A stretch of 64,000 nucleotides of DNA from an uncultured Flavobacteriaceae bacterium (GCA_963715015.1 CAVQQR010000011.1:32846-96845); one strand, 5' to 3'; positions 41,643 through 51,987 are shown, numbered from the stretch's first letter. The notes: generated by a model not told the origin, from the sequence alone. Made by a program: numbers and translations.

Positions 41643-42603
41643 TAAAGGGGTTGTTTAAACCCCTTTTTTTTTGCAATGGACTGATGATCTTTACATCATG
41701 AAAGGAAATTGCACCCCGAATAACCCCGTCAATGCTTTTTTTAAGTGCATCTATCAGTTGCATTTTGAGCTGAGAACGGTGGTAGATCAGACTTATTTCT
41801 CTTGCAGGTACAGTACCCTCAAAGTTTCTCAAATATTGGATATCGTCATTTTTAAGATCCAGGGTATGTAAATACGGAATTAAAGTCATCCCCAAGCCTT
41901 CTTTTGACAGTTTTATAAGTGTCTCAATGCTTCCGCTTTGAATATTAAAGTGTTCATCATTTGCCGAAAGATCTGTTTTACATAAATTAATGACATTATT
42001 TTTAAAACAATGCCCGTCCTTCAATAGCAGAATATCACTGATGTCTAAATCCTCCTCTTTGATCCCATCTTTTTCAAAAAGTCGGTGATTTTTAGAGACA
42101 AAACCAACAAAAGGTTCATAATACAATACACTTTCTTTGATCGCGCTATTTTCAAGGGGGGTGGCAGCGATGCCAGCATCTAAATGACCATCGGATAATT
42201 TTGCAATGATATCTTCGGTAGTTACCTCCTCCAAAATCAAGTTGACTGATTTGTGTTTGCTTAAAAATGATTTTAAAAAAAGAGGTAATAACGTAGGCAT
42301 GACGGTTGGAATAATTCCTAACCTAAATTCTCCGCCAATAAACCCTTTTTGTTGATCTACAATATCTTGGATACGGTTACTTTCATCAACTATCAATTTT
42401 GCCTGTGCTATAATTCTTTCACCAATCGAGGTGAGTTCTACCGGTTTTTTCTTTCTATTAAAAATGAGCACACCCAATTCTTCTTCTAATTTTTGAATTT
42501 GCATGCTCAAAGTGGGTTGGGTAACGAAAGAATGCTCTGCTGCTGTTGTAAAATTTTGATGTTCTGCAACCGATAGGAGGTACTTTAATTGGGTAATGGT
42601 CAT
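41635..42603 (-). CDS. oxyR: Hydrogen peroxide-responsive LysR regulator OxyR
   Basis: LysR HTH (VTQPTLSMQIQKLE) and GHCFKNNVINLC (C-X8-C redox pair). Divergent from dps. Confidence 0.9.
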   Translation of the reverse strand: MTITQLKYLLSVAEHQNFTTAAEHSFVTQPTLSMQIQKLEEELGVLIFNRKKKPVELTSIGERIIAQAKLIVDESNRIQDIVDQQKGFIGGEFRLGIIPTVMPTLLPLFLKSFLSKHKSVNLILEEVTTEDIIAKLSDGHLDAGIAATPLENSAIKESVLYYEPFVGFVSKNHRLFEKDGIKEEDLDISDILLLKDGHCFKNNVINLCKTDLSANDEHFNIQSGSIETLIKLSKEGLGMTLIPYLHTLDLKNDDIQYLRNFEGTVPAREISLIYHRSQLKMQLIDALKKSIDGVIRGAISFHDVKIISPLQKKRGLNNPFIK

Positions 42604-42605
42604 TG

Positions 42606-42641
42606 ATAGATATTTTCGATAAAGATATAAAATGCATCAAT
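42606..42641. promoter_or_regulatory. Putative OxyR operator
   Basis: ATAG-N7-CGAT-N6-ATAA-N7-CAAT resembles the ATAG-N7-CTAT-N7-ATAG-N7-CTAT OxyR consensus and sits in the oxyR/dps intergenic region. Confidence 0.5.
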
Positions 42642-42703
42642 AATGATCAGTGAGAATTGGGTCAAATAAACCGTAATTTTATCATGAATTAAAACTGAAG
42701 CAT

Positions 42704-43174
42704 ATGAAAAATACAATCTTAGGATTAGACAAAAAGGAAGTTACTCAACTAGCTGACGAATTAAATATATTGTTGGCGAATTTTCAAATCTATTATCAAA
42801 ACTTAAGAGGTTTACACTGGAATATCAAAGGTAAATCGTTCTTTGAATTACATGTTAAATTTGAAGAATTATACACTGATGCACACGAAAAAATAGATAT
42901 GATCGCTGAGCGTATCCTAACTTTAGAAGGAAAACCACTTCATACATTTGAAGATTATATGAAACACGCAACAGTATCGGTTGGAAAGGATATTTCGCAA
43001 GATAAGGACTCCGTTGAGCTTGTGTTAAACTCATTGGCCATTTTATTGGAAATCGAAAGAAAAATCATGATCCTATCCGCAGAGGCAGACGATGAGGGTA
43101 CAAATACATTAATTAGTGATTTTATTTCTGAACAAGAAAAGACCAGCTGGATGCTAAAGGCCTGGTTGTCTTGA
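42704..43174 (+). CDS. dps: DNA starvation/stationary-phase protection protein Dps
   Basis: HWNIKGKSFFELHVKFEELY, DMIAERI and EKTSWML. Confidence 0.95.
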   Translation: MKNTILGLDKKEVTQLADELNILLANFQIYYQNLRGLHWNIKGKSFFELHVKFEELYTDAHEKIDMIAERILTLEGKPLHTFEDYMKHATVSVGKDISQDKDSVELVLNSLAILLEIERKIMILSAEADDEGTNTLISDFISEQEKTSWMLKAWLS

Positions 43175-43192
43175 TATCAACCCCATTTATTC

Positions 43193-43408
43193 TTAGGAGT
43201 AGAACTTTCTCACCAACCTTAAAATGATGGAAATGGCAATACTCACCAGGATCATGGAAGTGATCGGAAAGAAAATCCGGGTGTTGCCATTTTTGTATTT
43301 TATATCTCCCGGTAAATTTCCAAACCAGTTTAAAGCTCCAGGCGCAAATTTGAGTAATAATCCGATGATCACCAGAATTACTCCTACTATCACAAACAGT
43401 TTATACAT
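43193..43408 (-). CDS. DUF2905 small membrane protein
   Basis: WFGNLPGDI and FFPITSMILVS. Confidence 0.85.
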   Translation of the reverse strand: MYKLFVIVGVILVIIGLLLKFAPGALNWFGNLPGDIKYKNGNTRIFFPITSMILVSIAISIILRLVRKFYS

Positions 43409-43411
43409 ACT

Positions 43412-44647
43412 TTAGGATTTATTCTTTTCTTCGATCCATTTGGATAAATACTTGGTGCTTTTAGTATTGTGCAGTTTGAGCATGGCACCAAAAAAATTAT
43501 CTGTTCTTCTTCGTTCAAGGTTTTGCTGAACTTCTTCTATTTTTTCTATCAAGGATTGTGTATGGTCCTTTTTATGAAAGAATTTTTCCAAAATAGAAAA
43601 TCCATTCTTTTGTGCCTTTTCCCAGGTGGACTGATCTGTATACAGATCAACAGACAGTTTGACAAATTCATCCCAATCATCTGTTACAAACCCATTCCAT
43701 ACTCGATCATCAGACATGCTTTCTGCGCCAATTTTAGTAGTGACATTCGGTGTGCCAAAACGCATTGAATCGATCAGTTTTCCCTTTTGTCCGGCGCCAA
43801 ATCGCAATGGTGCTAAACAAACTCTGGCCTCTTTAAATGCCTTTTCTGCCTTCTCAATTTGCCCTTCAACAAGAAATCCCTTTTTCTGATCGTGGAGTTT
43901 TTTTATTTCTTCATCGGGATAGGCTCCATAGATCAACAAATTACTGTTCGGCAATTTCTTTTTGATTGCAGGCCACAGGGTATCGTGTAAAAGCTTGACT
44001 GCATCTCTGTTTGGTCGATGCAGAAAATTTCCAATACTCATAAAGTCTTTTCGTTTTTCGAAAGAAGGCATATGCGATATTTCATCAGCGGACAGGGAAT
44101 CTGGCACAAATGGAATATAATGTAGTAAGGCCTTGTTGATATTGAATTCATTTACCAATAAATTAAATTCAAAAATAGAAATGACGAGGGTGAGATCGCA
44201 ACGTAAAATACTGGCAATTTCTCTTTGGGCGAGATCACTTTTCTTAATTTCAAGGATTAAATTTGTATTGTGGTGATCTTTTTTTCTCGCATCGCGCAAA
44301 AAATGCAGATCTTCCGTGTCTAAAATTTTGATGATCTTCGGAAAAATGTCATCTACCCTCCATCCAAATTGTTCTTCCGCGATAAAACGATCGAAAAGGA
44401 CTATTTCAGGATTGATCTGTTGAAGCAGTTCGTCAAAACTTTTCTCATTAGACGCTATTCTGAATACCTCGATTCCCATTTCTTCCAATGCCTGACTAGA
44501 GGCATTAAAGGAGGTTGTTGCCCCAAAACAAAGGCTAAAGTTCATCTGTTTAAAAATATCAAGTAGCTGAATTAATCTGACTCCAGCTGCAGTGGCATTT
44601 GGTTCGGGCCAAACAAGAGCAATGACAAATAGTTTTCTTATATTCAC
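43412..44647 (-). CDS. Glycosyltransferase (GT4-like)
   Basis: VWPEPNATAAG, DTEDLHFLR, IGNFLHRPN and APLRFGAGQKGK. Confidence 0.85.
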   Translation of the reverse strand: MNIRKLFVIALVWPEPNATAAGVRLIQLLDIFKQMNFSLCFGATTSFNASSQALEEMGIEVFRIASNEKSFDELLQQINPEIVLFDRFIAEEQFGWRVDDIFPKIIKILDTEDLHFLRDARKKDHHNTNLILEIKKSDLAQREIASILRCDLTLVISIFEFNLLVNEFNINKALLHYIPFVPDSLSADEISHMPSFEKRKDFMSIGNFLHRPNRDAVKLLHDTLWPAIKKKLPNSNLLIYGAYPDEEIKKLHDQKKGFLVEGQIEKAEKAFKEARVCLAPLRFGAGQKGKLIDSMRFGTPNVTTKIGAESMSDDRVWNGFVTDDWDEFVKLSVDLYTDQSTWEKAQKNGFSILEKFFHKKDHTQSLIEKIEEVQQNLERRRTDNFFGAMLKLHNTKSTKYLSKWIEEKNKS

Positions 44648-44700
44648 GTAACTAAAATTACTTAATCTTTAAGGATTGGCAAGGTAATGCGAATTATTTT

Positions 44701-44708
44701 TAACTTTG
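44701..44708 (+). promoter_or_regulatory. -7 promoter box TAACTTTG for the metal efflux operon
   Basis: TAnnTTTG with 4 nt between it and the ATG at 44713. Confidence 0.55.
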
Positions 44709-44712
44709 TGAT

Positions 44713-45105
44713 ATGGTTAAGGCTCAATCAATACTATTTGCTTTTTTGTTTTTGATGCAAAGTGTGCAAATTCAGATTTCTGATCTATTTCACTTTAGTG
44801 ATTTGATAGCGCATTATACCTATCATTCTGAAGAATTTGGAGATGACCTGTTTAGTTTTATAGAAAAGCATTACGGTACACTTGCTCAGAAACACAGCAA
44901 TGATGAACCTCTAGAGCAGCAGGAGCACCAAAACCTACCTTTTCATCAGGTTATTTCACAATTGGATCTCCAATTGCAATTAAATCCTTTCCTTTCTTCT
45001 ATTGAGTACAATGAAGAATCAAGTATTCGTAAGCCCTTACATTTCTATCGTTTTGGTGCCGGAATTGAGCTTTTTACCAAGGTTTTTCAACCTCCTCGTA
45101 TTTAA
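44713..45105 (+). CDS. His-rich hypothetical protein upstream of cusA, ending FQPPRI
   Basis: Hydrophobic N-terminus, several His residues (HYTYH, KHY, HQNLPFH) and the same orientation as cusA. Confidence 0.75.
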   Translation: MVKAQSILFAFLFLMQSVQIQISDLFHFSDLIAHYTYHSEEFGDDLFSFIEKHYGTLAQKHSNDEPLEQQEHQNLPFHQVISQLDLQLQLNPFLSSIEYNEESSIRKPLHFYRFGAGIELFTKVFQPPRI

Positions 45106-45170
45106 GATTTTACTCTTTAAAAATGCCCTGGAACTCAAGGCTTATTTTATGAATCTTAATTCTCAATTGT

Positions 45171-48100
45171 ATGCTGCATCAAATTATCAGCTATAGCGTA
45201 AAGAACAAATACATTGTATTGCTTTTTACTTTTTTGGTTTTCCTTTTTGGATTGTATTCTCTTACTCAAATTCATATTGGGGCAGTTCCTGATATTACCA
45301 ATAATCAGGTTCAAATTATCACGACTTCTAAAAATTTATCTACTCAAGATATAGAGCAATTCATCACTTATCCTGTAGAATTGGAAATGGCCAATCTGCC
45401 GGGCGTTAAAGAAATGAGATCTGTTTCTAAGTTCGGACTGTCGGTTGTGACGATCGTATTTGAGGATGAGTTAGGAACCTATTTGCCGCGGCAATTGATC
45501 GCCGAAAAAATAAAGGTGGCAGCAGAGAAAATTCCCACAGGCTATGGTACTCCCGAAATGGGCCCGGTTTCTACTGGTCTAGGAGAGATTTACCAATATA
45601 TTTTAGATACTAAACCCGGTTATGAGGATAAATATGATCCAACAACTTTACGAACCATACAAGATTGGGTCGTTAAACGTCAGCTATCGGGAATTCCAGG
45701 AGTTGTAGAGGTCAATTCTTGGGGCGGTTTTCTAAAACAATATGAAGTAGCGATAAATTTGCCGAAGTTAGACGCTATGGATCTCAGTATTTCTGAGGTT
45801 TTTGATGCTTTAGAAAGCAATAATGCCAATACGGGAGGTAGTTATATTGAAAAAAATAACACGACCTATTTTATTCGGGCAGAGGGTTTGCTGAAGAGTA
45901 AGAAAGACATTGAAAACCTCATTGTGAAAACAAGAGGAGGGATACCCGTCATGATCAGGGATTTTGGAGAGGTGCGAATCGGACATGCCACCAGATTTGG
46001 TGCCATTACGGGCAACGGACAGGGTGAAAAGGTATTGGGGCAGGTTCTAATGTTAAAGGGTGGAAATTCGAATGAAATCATAAAAGCAGTAAAAACCAGG
46101 GTAGAGGAGATCTCAAAAACTTTACCGGAAGGGGTTTATATCAATGGATTTTTAGAAAGAAGTGAGCTCATAGAAAAAACAACGTTCACGATAACGGAAA
46201 ATTTGATTCTGGGATGTTTGATCGTCATTTTTATTGTGGTTCTATTCTTAGGAAACTGGAGATCCGGATTAATTGTAGCCTCCGTCATACCGCTCAGTTT
46301 GTTTTTTGCCATTTCCCTGATGAACTTATTGCATGTAGATGCCAATCTCATGAGTTTAGGGGCCATAGATTTTGGAATCATTATCGACGGAGCGGTCATT
46401 ATAGTAGAATATATAACACACAAAATGACCTCGGGCAAATTGTCATTGAAAGCAACCACAAAGGAGGAGCAACAGGAACAAATTGATGAAATAACGATCA
46501 ACAGCGCTTCCAAAATGATGGACTCAGCTGTTTTTGGTCAGTTGATTATTTTAATCGTTTTTATACCAATTTTATCATTAAGCGGTGTTGAAGGAAAAAT
46601 GTTCAGGCCTATGGCGATGACTTTCAGTTTTGCGATCGTTGGCGCTTTGATCATGTGTTTGACATACGTTCCTGCCATCGCATCTCTAATGCTTAAACCT
46701 ACAAAATCGAAGAAAACCATCATCGATAAAATATTTGTGATCATTAATCGATATTATCAACCTACACTTAGCTACGCACTGAAACATCAAAAAATAGTGA
46801 TTGCCGGTTCAATAGGTTTACTCTTGATCACCGCTTTAATTTTTTCAAGGTTAGGTGGTGAATTCGTACCCACACTCGATGAAGGTGATTTTGTCATCCA
46901 ACCAGTGATCAAAACAGGGACTTCACTGTCGAAAACCATTGAAATAACCACACAAATTGAGCAAATACTATTAGAGAAATATCCAGAAGTAAGTCAGGTA
47001 GTGAGCAGGATTGGGGCAGCTGAAATACCTACTGATCCAATGTCCATGGAAGAGTCTGACGTAATTATTAAGTTGAAACCTAAAGGAGAATGGACATCGG
47101 CTAAAACAAAGGATGAATTGGCTGATCAGTTTAAAGAATCACTTCAGGTAATTCCGGGCATAGATATAGAGTTTACTCAGCCTATAGAAATGAGATTTAA
47201 TGAGCTCATCACAGGTGTCAGGGCAGATATCGCTATAAAGATATTCGGTGAAGATCTGAGCATTTTAAGTGCCAAGGCAAATGAGATCAAAAGTCTTATC
47301 AATGATGTGGCTGGAGCTTCGGATGTCGTAGTAGAAAAAATTGTAGGACTACCTCAAATTAATATTCGATATGACCGAGAAAAAATTGGCCTATACGGAT
47401 TGACCATCAATGAGATCAACAGAATGATTGGTATGGGTTTTTCGGGCGAAAATGCAGGTCAAATTTATGAAGGCGAAAAGAAATTTGACTTGATCATGCG
47501 ATTTGATCGAGAGACGAGAAGTAAACTTGAAAACATCAAAAATATTCAAATTACCACAGGAAACGGATTGCTGATTCCATTAAGAGAATTGGCTGAGATC
47601 CAATTGACTGAAGGTCCGGCCAAGATTTCAAGAGATGAAACCAAAAGAAGGATTGTGGTTGGGGTGAATGTTCGAAACCGAGATTTACAATCGGTTGTAA
47701 ATGAAATTCAAGGCATCATAGAAAGTAAGGTCAATTTACCGCCCGGATATCACATCACATATGGAGGGCAATTTGAAAATTTACAACAGGCAAAAGAAAG
47801 ATTGGCTTTAGCACTGCCTGTTGCGCTTTTTTTGATTTTTATGTTGCTGTACTTCGCTTTTAAATCACTCAAGGATACTTTAATTATTTTTTCTGCCATT
47901 CCATTAGCTACCGTAGGAGGAGTTTTGGCTCTTTGGACAAGGGGAATGCCTTTTAGTATTTCAGCCGGAATCGGTTTTATTGCCTTATTTGGAATTGCGG
48001 TACTCAATGGAATTGTATTGATCAAACACTTTAAAGAAATGAATTTGACAAATGATGAGAGCTTGTTCGAAAAAATTTGGCAGGGAACTCAAGAGAGAAT

Positions 48101-49493
48101 GCGACCTGTTTTATTAACAGCTTCGGCTGCAGCTCTAGGTTTTTTACCTATGGCCATATCTAATAATGTAGGTGCCGAAGTACAAAGGCCTTTGGCAACT
48201 GTGGTCATAGGTGGTTTAGTCAGTTCAACTTTTCTCACATTGGTCGTATTACCGGTTTTTTACGTCCGTTTTTTCGATAAATCGCTCAGCGCAAAAAGGA
48301 CACCAAAAACGATGATGCTTTTGTTATTTGGATTATTATCAAATTTCATTGGCTCTGCTCAGATCCAGTCGCCAGTATTGACAGAATTGCAGCAAAAAGC
48401 CATGGAAAATAACGCTTCGCTTAAATCGATGTATTTTAAGGTTCAGCAAAAGAAAGTATCGGTCAATAAGGCGTATCACTTTGATAAAACAAATGTTTAT
48501 TACGCCTATGACGAAAACAATCTCGCCATCAATGACCTTCCGCTAAAAGTATTTGGCGTGCAGCAGGATTTTAAATTTCCCGGTTTATATATCAATTCCA
48601 AAAAAATATTTGAAACGGAATTTGAGATTTCAGAAGTGCAATATGATATTGAAAAGCGCAGAATATTAGGTGATGTCGCCAAAGCATACGAAGAGGTGCT
48701 CTACTATAAAAACATAGCCTTCATATTGCAGAAATTAGATAGTTTGTACGCAGATTTTTCGAAGAAAGCAAATAGGAGATTTGAATTGGGTGAAACAAAT
48801 TATTTGGAAAAAATAAATGCACAGGCCCAGCAGAAAAAAATTGAGATTGGATTAAATGAAGCCAGGAGCAACACAGAAAATGCCATGATCAAATTAAAAT
48901 CAATTGTGCAATCAGAAGAGACTTTAATTGTACCCTACGAAAAATTAACTCCTTTTATGCTCAATGAAAATGAGTTGTTCTATCAATCTGTGAACGAGGT
49001 TTTTAACCTGCGAAATAAAATGGCAGAATTGAAAATTTCAGAGCAAAAGCAAAACTTCTTACCGGATTTAAGCCTGGAATATTTCGTGGGATCAAATCAG
49101 ACTTTGAATGAAAATCTGCAAGGTTTTCAGATCGGGTTAAAAATACCTATTTTGTTCAGTGGCCAATCGGCACAACTCAATGCCTCAAAAGTTGAAAAGG
49201 ACATTGCAGAGCAAGAAAGATTAGAATTTAAGCAGAGGTATGAATCGAAATACGCCATCCATCAAAAGGAACTGGAAAAGTATATGGCTTATTTGGATTA
49301 TTACGAGAAGGAGGGAAGTGACTTGTCTAAAGCCTTAATTAAGACAGCTAATAAGTCCTATTTCTCGGGAGAAATTGATTTTTTCGATTATATCAAAAGT
49401 CTTGAAAATGCAACACAAATAGAGGTGCTTTACCTGGAACAGTTGCACCAATACAACCAAATTATTTTAAACCTACAATATTTAAATTTTTAA
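45171..49493 (+). CDS. CusA/CzcA heavy-metal RND transporter fused to a C-terminal TolC-like domain
   Basis: AVPDITNNQVQI, SLGAIDFGIIIDGAV, GIAVLNG and RPVLLTA, plus an extra ~400-aa OEP-like helical domain. Confidence 0.92.
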   Translation: MLHQIISYSVKNKYIVLLFTFLVFLFGLYSLTQIHIGAVPDITNNQVQIITTSKNLSTQDIEQFITYPVELEMANLPGVKEMRSVSKFGLSVVTIVFEDELGTYLPRQLIAEKIKVAAEKIPTGYGTPEMGPVSTGLGEIYQYILDTKPGYEDKYDPTTLRTIQDWVVKRQLSGIPGVVEVNSWGGFLKQYEVAINLPKLDAMDLSISEVFDALESNNANTGGSYIEKNNTTYFIRAEGLLKSKKDIENLIVKTRGGIPVMIRDFGEVRIGHATRFGAITGNGQGEKVLGQVLMLKGGNSNEIIKAVKTRVEEISKTLPEGVYINGFLERSELIEKTTFTITENLILGCLIVIFIVVLFLGNWRSGLIVASVIPLSLFFAISLMNLLHVDANLMSLGAIDFGIIIDGAVIIVEYITHKMTSGKLSLKATTKEEQQEQIDEITINSASKMMDSAVFGQLIILIVFIPILSLSGVEGKMFRPMAMTFSFAIVGALIMCLTYVPAIASLMLKPTKSKKTIIDKIFVIINRYYQPTLSYALKHQKIVIAGSIGLLLITALIFSRLGGEFVPTLDEGDFVIQPVIKTGTSLSKTIEITTQIEQILLEKYPEVSQVVSRIGAAEIPTDPMSMEESDVIIKLKPKGEWTSAKTKDELADQFKESLQVIPGIDIEFTQPIEMRFNELITGVRADIAIKIFGEDLSILSAKANEIKSLINDVAGASDVVVEKIVGLPQINIRYDREKIGLYGLTINEINRMIGMGFSGENAGQIYEGEKKFDLIMRFDRETRSKLENIKNIQITTGNGLLIPLRELAEIQLTEGPAKISRDETKRRIVVGVNVRNRDLQSVVNEIQGIIESKVNLPPGYHITYGGQFENLQQAKERLALALPVALFLIFMLLYFAFKSLKDTLIIFSAIPLATVGGVLALWTRGMPFSISAGIGFIALFGIAVLNGIVLIKHFKEMNLTNDESLFEKIWQGTQERMRPVLLTASAAALGFLPMAISNNVGAEVQRPLATVVIGGLVSSTFLTLVVLPVFYVRFFDKSLSAKRTPKTMMLLLFGLLSNFIGSAQIQSPVLTELQQKAMENNASLKSMYFKVQQKKVSVNKAYHFDKTNVYYAYDENNLAINDLPLKVFGVQQDFKFPGLYINSKKIFETEFEISEVQYDIEKRRILGDVAKAYEEVLYYKNIAFILQKLDSLYADFSKKANRRFELGETNYLEKINAQAQQKKIEIGLNEARSNTENAMIKLKSIVQSEETLIVPYEKLTPFMLNENELFYQSVNEVFNLRNKMAELKISEQKQNFLPDLSLEYFVGSNQTLNENLQGFQIGLKIPILFSGQSAQLNASKVEKDIAEQERLEFKQRYESKYAIHQKELEKYMAYLDYYEKEGSDLSKALIKTANKSYFSGEIDFFDYIKSLENATQIEVLYLEQLHQYNQIILNLQYLNF

Positions 49494-49504
49494 ATAGAAA
49501 ACCA

Positions 49505-50623
49505 ATGAAATTATATCAATACCTCGGTATCCTGTTTTTAGTCATTCTTTCATGTAAAAAGCAAGACACCACTGCGCCTGAAACAAACTTTAGGGGTCCC
49601 TCTAATACGATTGTTTTAAGTAAGGAACAGTTTAATAATGGAAAGATGCAACTGGTTAAGCCCAATATAGAAGCAATCACCAATAAAATTGAAGTCAACG
49701 GTTTAATTGATGTTCCTCCAAATAACCGCACTTTTGTAAGTGCCATTGCAGGTGGGTATATTAAAAATTTTAATCCTATTGTGGGGACTTCGGTTAGAAA
49801 AGGAGATCGGTTATTTACTATAGAAAATATGGAATTTGTGGAGTTACAAAAAGATTTCCTTGAAACTTCGGAACGTCTGGAATATTTAAAAATGGAATAT
49901 GAAAGGCAGAAAGCGCTATTCGAAGAGCAGATTAATTCAGAGAAGAATTTTTTAAATGCAAAATCTAATTATCAATCTACCTTGGCTACACACAATGGTT
50001 TAAAGAAGCAACTTGAAATGCTCCATCTCAATCCTTCATCAAAAAATATTCAATCTGAGGCGCCTATTATTGCGCCAATTGATGGTAAAATTTCTCAAAT
50101 TTTTGTTGAGATGGGTAATTACATTGGTCCGCAAGATAAAATACTCGAAATTGTCAATGATGATGACCAACATGTAGAGTTGCAGGTTTTTGGAAAAGAG
50201 GCTTTAAAACTTGAAATTGGTCAGAAAGTTGAATTTTCAATTCCGTCTATGTCTGAGGATGTTTTTACAGGAAAAGTTTATCTAATTGGTAATACCTTAG
50301 ACGAGAATAGAACGATCAAAGTTCATGTCCATATAGACGATTCTGTTAAGCAAAAATTCGTAGTTGGCATGTTTGTCAAGGCTACCATATTTACAAAACA
50401 GGAAATGTTTTTGGTACTCCCTGAAGATTGCATCATTAAGAACGAATCACAGCATGTACTGCTCAAATTAAAAAATATGGACAGTGAATTTCATTTTGAG
50501 AAAATATATTTAAAAGATCCGGTAATTGAGAACGGAAAGTTGATCATGAAAGATACCGCAGAAATCAATTCAAACCATCAATTTTTACAGGGAGGAAATA
50601 TTTTGATGGTGGGTGAGGAATAA
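49505..50623 (+). CDS. RND efflux periplasmic adaptor subunit (lipoprotein)
   Basis: Lipobox ILSC, biotinyl-lipoyl halves (GTSVRKGD, IIAPIDG) and an alpha hairpin. Confidence 0.9.
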   Translation: MKLYQYLGILFLVILSCKKQDTTAPETNFRGPSNTIVLSKEQFNNGKMQLVKPNIEAITNKIEVNGLIDVPPNNRTFVSAIAGGYIKNFNPIVGTSVRKGDRLFTIENMEFVELQKDFLETSERLEYLKMEYERQKALFEEQINSEKNFLNAKSNYQSTLATHNGLKKQLEMLHLNPSSKNIQSEAPIIAPIDGKISQIFVEMGNYIGPQDKILEIVNDDDQHVELQVFGKEALKLEIGQKVEFSIPSMSEDVFTGKVYLIGNTLDENRTIKVHVHIDDSVKQKFVVGMFVKATIFTKQEMFLVLPEDCIIKNESQHVLLKLKNMDSEFHFEKIYLKDPVIENGKLIMKDTAEINSNHQFLQGGNILMVGEE

Positions 50624-50665
50624 TTTAGGAAACAGGATTATTAATTATCTTTGGGAAAAGACCAT

Positions 50666-51511
50666 ATGGAAGGTAATAATAAGGTGAAAATAAGAAAGTA
50701 TTCAGGAGAATTGGTTGATTTCGACATGGAGAAGTTAAAGCGATCTTTGAGAAAATCAAAAGTAAGTGAAGCTGTCATTGAGGATATAGCCATGAAAATT
50801 GAAAACTCCTTATTTGAAGGCATGACGACCAAACAGATTTATTCTGCGGCTTATAAAATGTTAAAAGGCGAAAAATCTTGTTGTGCTTCACTCTATAAAG
50901 TCAAAAAAGCCATTATGGAGTTGGGGCCCTCCGGATTCCCTTTTGAAAAATTTGTAGCAGCTATCATTGAAGCAGAAGGTTTTAAAACTGAAGTCGGCCT
51001 ATTTGTCCAGGGACATTGTGTGATGCATGAGGTAGATGTGGTGGCAACCAACAGTACCAAGCAATATATGGTTGAGTGCAAATACCACAATTCTCAGGGG
51101 CGGGTAAACGATGTGAAAATACCCTTATATATTCAGTCAAGATTTTTGGATATTAATACACATTATAAGCATATTAACGGACATGAAGCACTTTTTCAAG
51201 AGGGTTGGGTTTATACGAATACACGGTTTTCTTCTGATGCGATCGATTATGGAAAGTGTATGGGTTTAAAATTAGTGAGTTGGGACCATCCAAAAGGAAG
51301 TAGTTTAATTGACAAAATTAACCTGTATAAATTATATCCTATTACTGCCTTGATCAGTTTAACTAAATATGACAAATCAAAATTATTGGAAACAGGTGTT
51401 GTTCTTTGTAAAGAGATTTGTGCAAATCCTGATGTACTCATTGAAGCAAATATTGACAAAAGAAAGCACAATCAAATATTGTCAAATTCCTATGACTTGT
51501 GCAATGGTTAA
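50666..51511 (+). CDS. ATP-cone domain plus Mrr-like PD-(D/E)XK nuclease protein
   Basis: KIRKYSGELVDFDMEKLKRSL (ATP cone), then FEKFV..HEVDVVA..MVECKYH..VYTNTRFS. The start could instead be TTG 50651. Confidence 0.8.
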   Translation: MEGNNKVKIRKYSGELVDFDMEKLKRSLRKSKVSEAVIEDIAMKIENSLFEGMTTKQIYSAAYKMLKGEKSCCASLYKVKKAIMELGPSGFPFEKFVAAIIEAEGFKTEVGLFVQGHCVMHEVDVVATNSTKQYMVECKYHNSQGRVNDVKIPLYIQSRFLDINTHYKHINGHEALFQEGWVYTNTRFSSDAIDYGKCMGLKLVSWDHPKGSSLIDKINLYKLYPITALISLTKYDKSKLLETGVVLCKEICANPDVLIEANIDKRKHNQILSNSYDLCNG

Positions 51512-51986
51512 ACATACTGCGATGCAAATAAAATTTTTGTTGCTCCTTTGTTGTTTTCAATTTAACTCCCTAAGCGCTCAAAATCATGAGGAAAGAGCTC
51601 TGGTGGAAGCAAAAATATACAGTCTATTTGAGGGTATGAAATTAGGTGATTCTGCAAAAGTTAGGTCTGTTTTTCATTCTGAAGCCGGTCTTTTTAGTAC
51701 TCGATTTGACGAGGGAGGAAATTCGATTTTATCGAGCATAGATCTGGATAAATTCATCTTGAGCATTGGTGAAAACCATATACATGTTTTTGACGAGAGA
51801 TTAGCGAAAATCGATGTGTCCATCGATGATAATTTAGCCATTGTATGGGCTCCATATCAATTTTATATAGACGATGAATTTAGTCATTGTGGCGTAAATG
51901 CTTTTCAATTGGTCAAAATTGATAAGGTTTGGAAAATTATTCATTTAGTCGACACAAGAAGAAAGGACGATTGTGCAGAGCAATAA
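51504..51986 (+). CDS. Secreted NTF2-like (SnoaL/lumazine-binding-like) protein
   Basis: Signal peptide and LAIVWAPYQFY..FSHCGVNAFQLVK..WKII. Start reassigned to 51504 (or 51522). Confidence 0.8.
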   Translation: MVKHTAMQIKFLLLLCCFQFNSLSAQNHEERALVEAKIYSLFEGMKLGDSAKVRSVFHSEAGLFSTRFDEGGNSILSSIDLDKFILSIGENHIHVFDERLAKIDVSIDDNLAIVWAPYQFYIDDEFSHCGVNAFQLVKIDKVWKIIHLVDTRRKDDCAEQ

Positions 51987-51987
51987 A

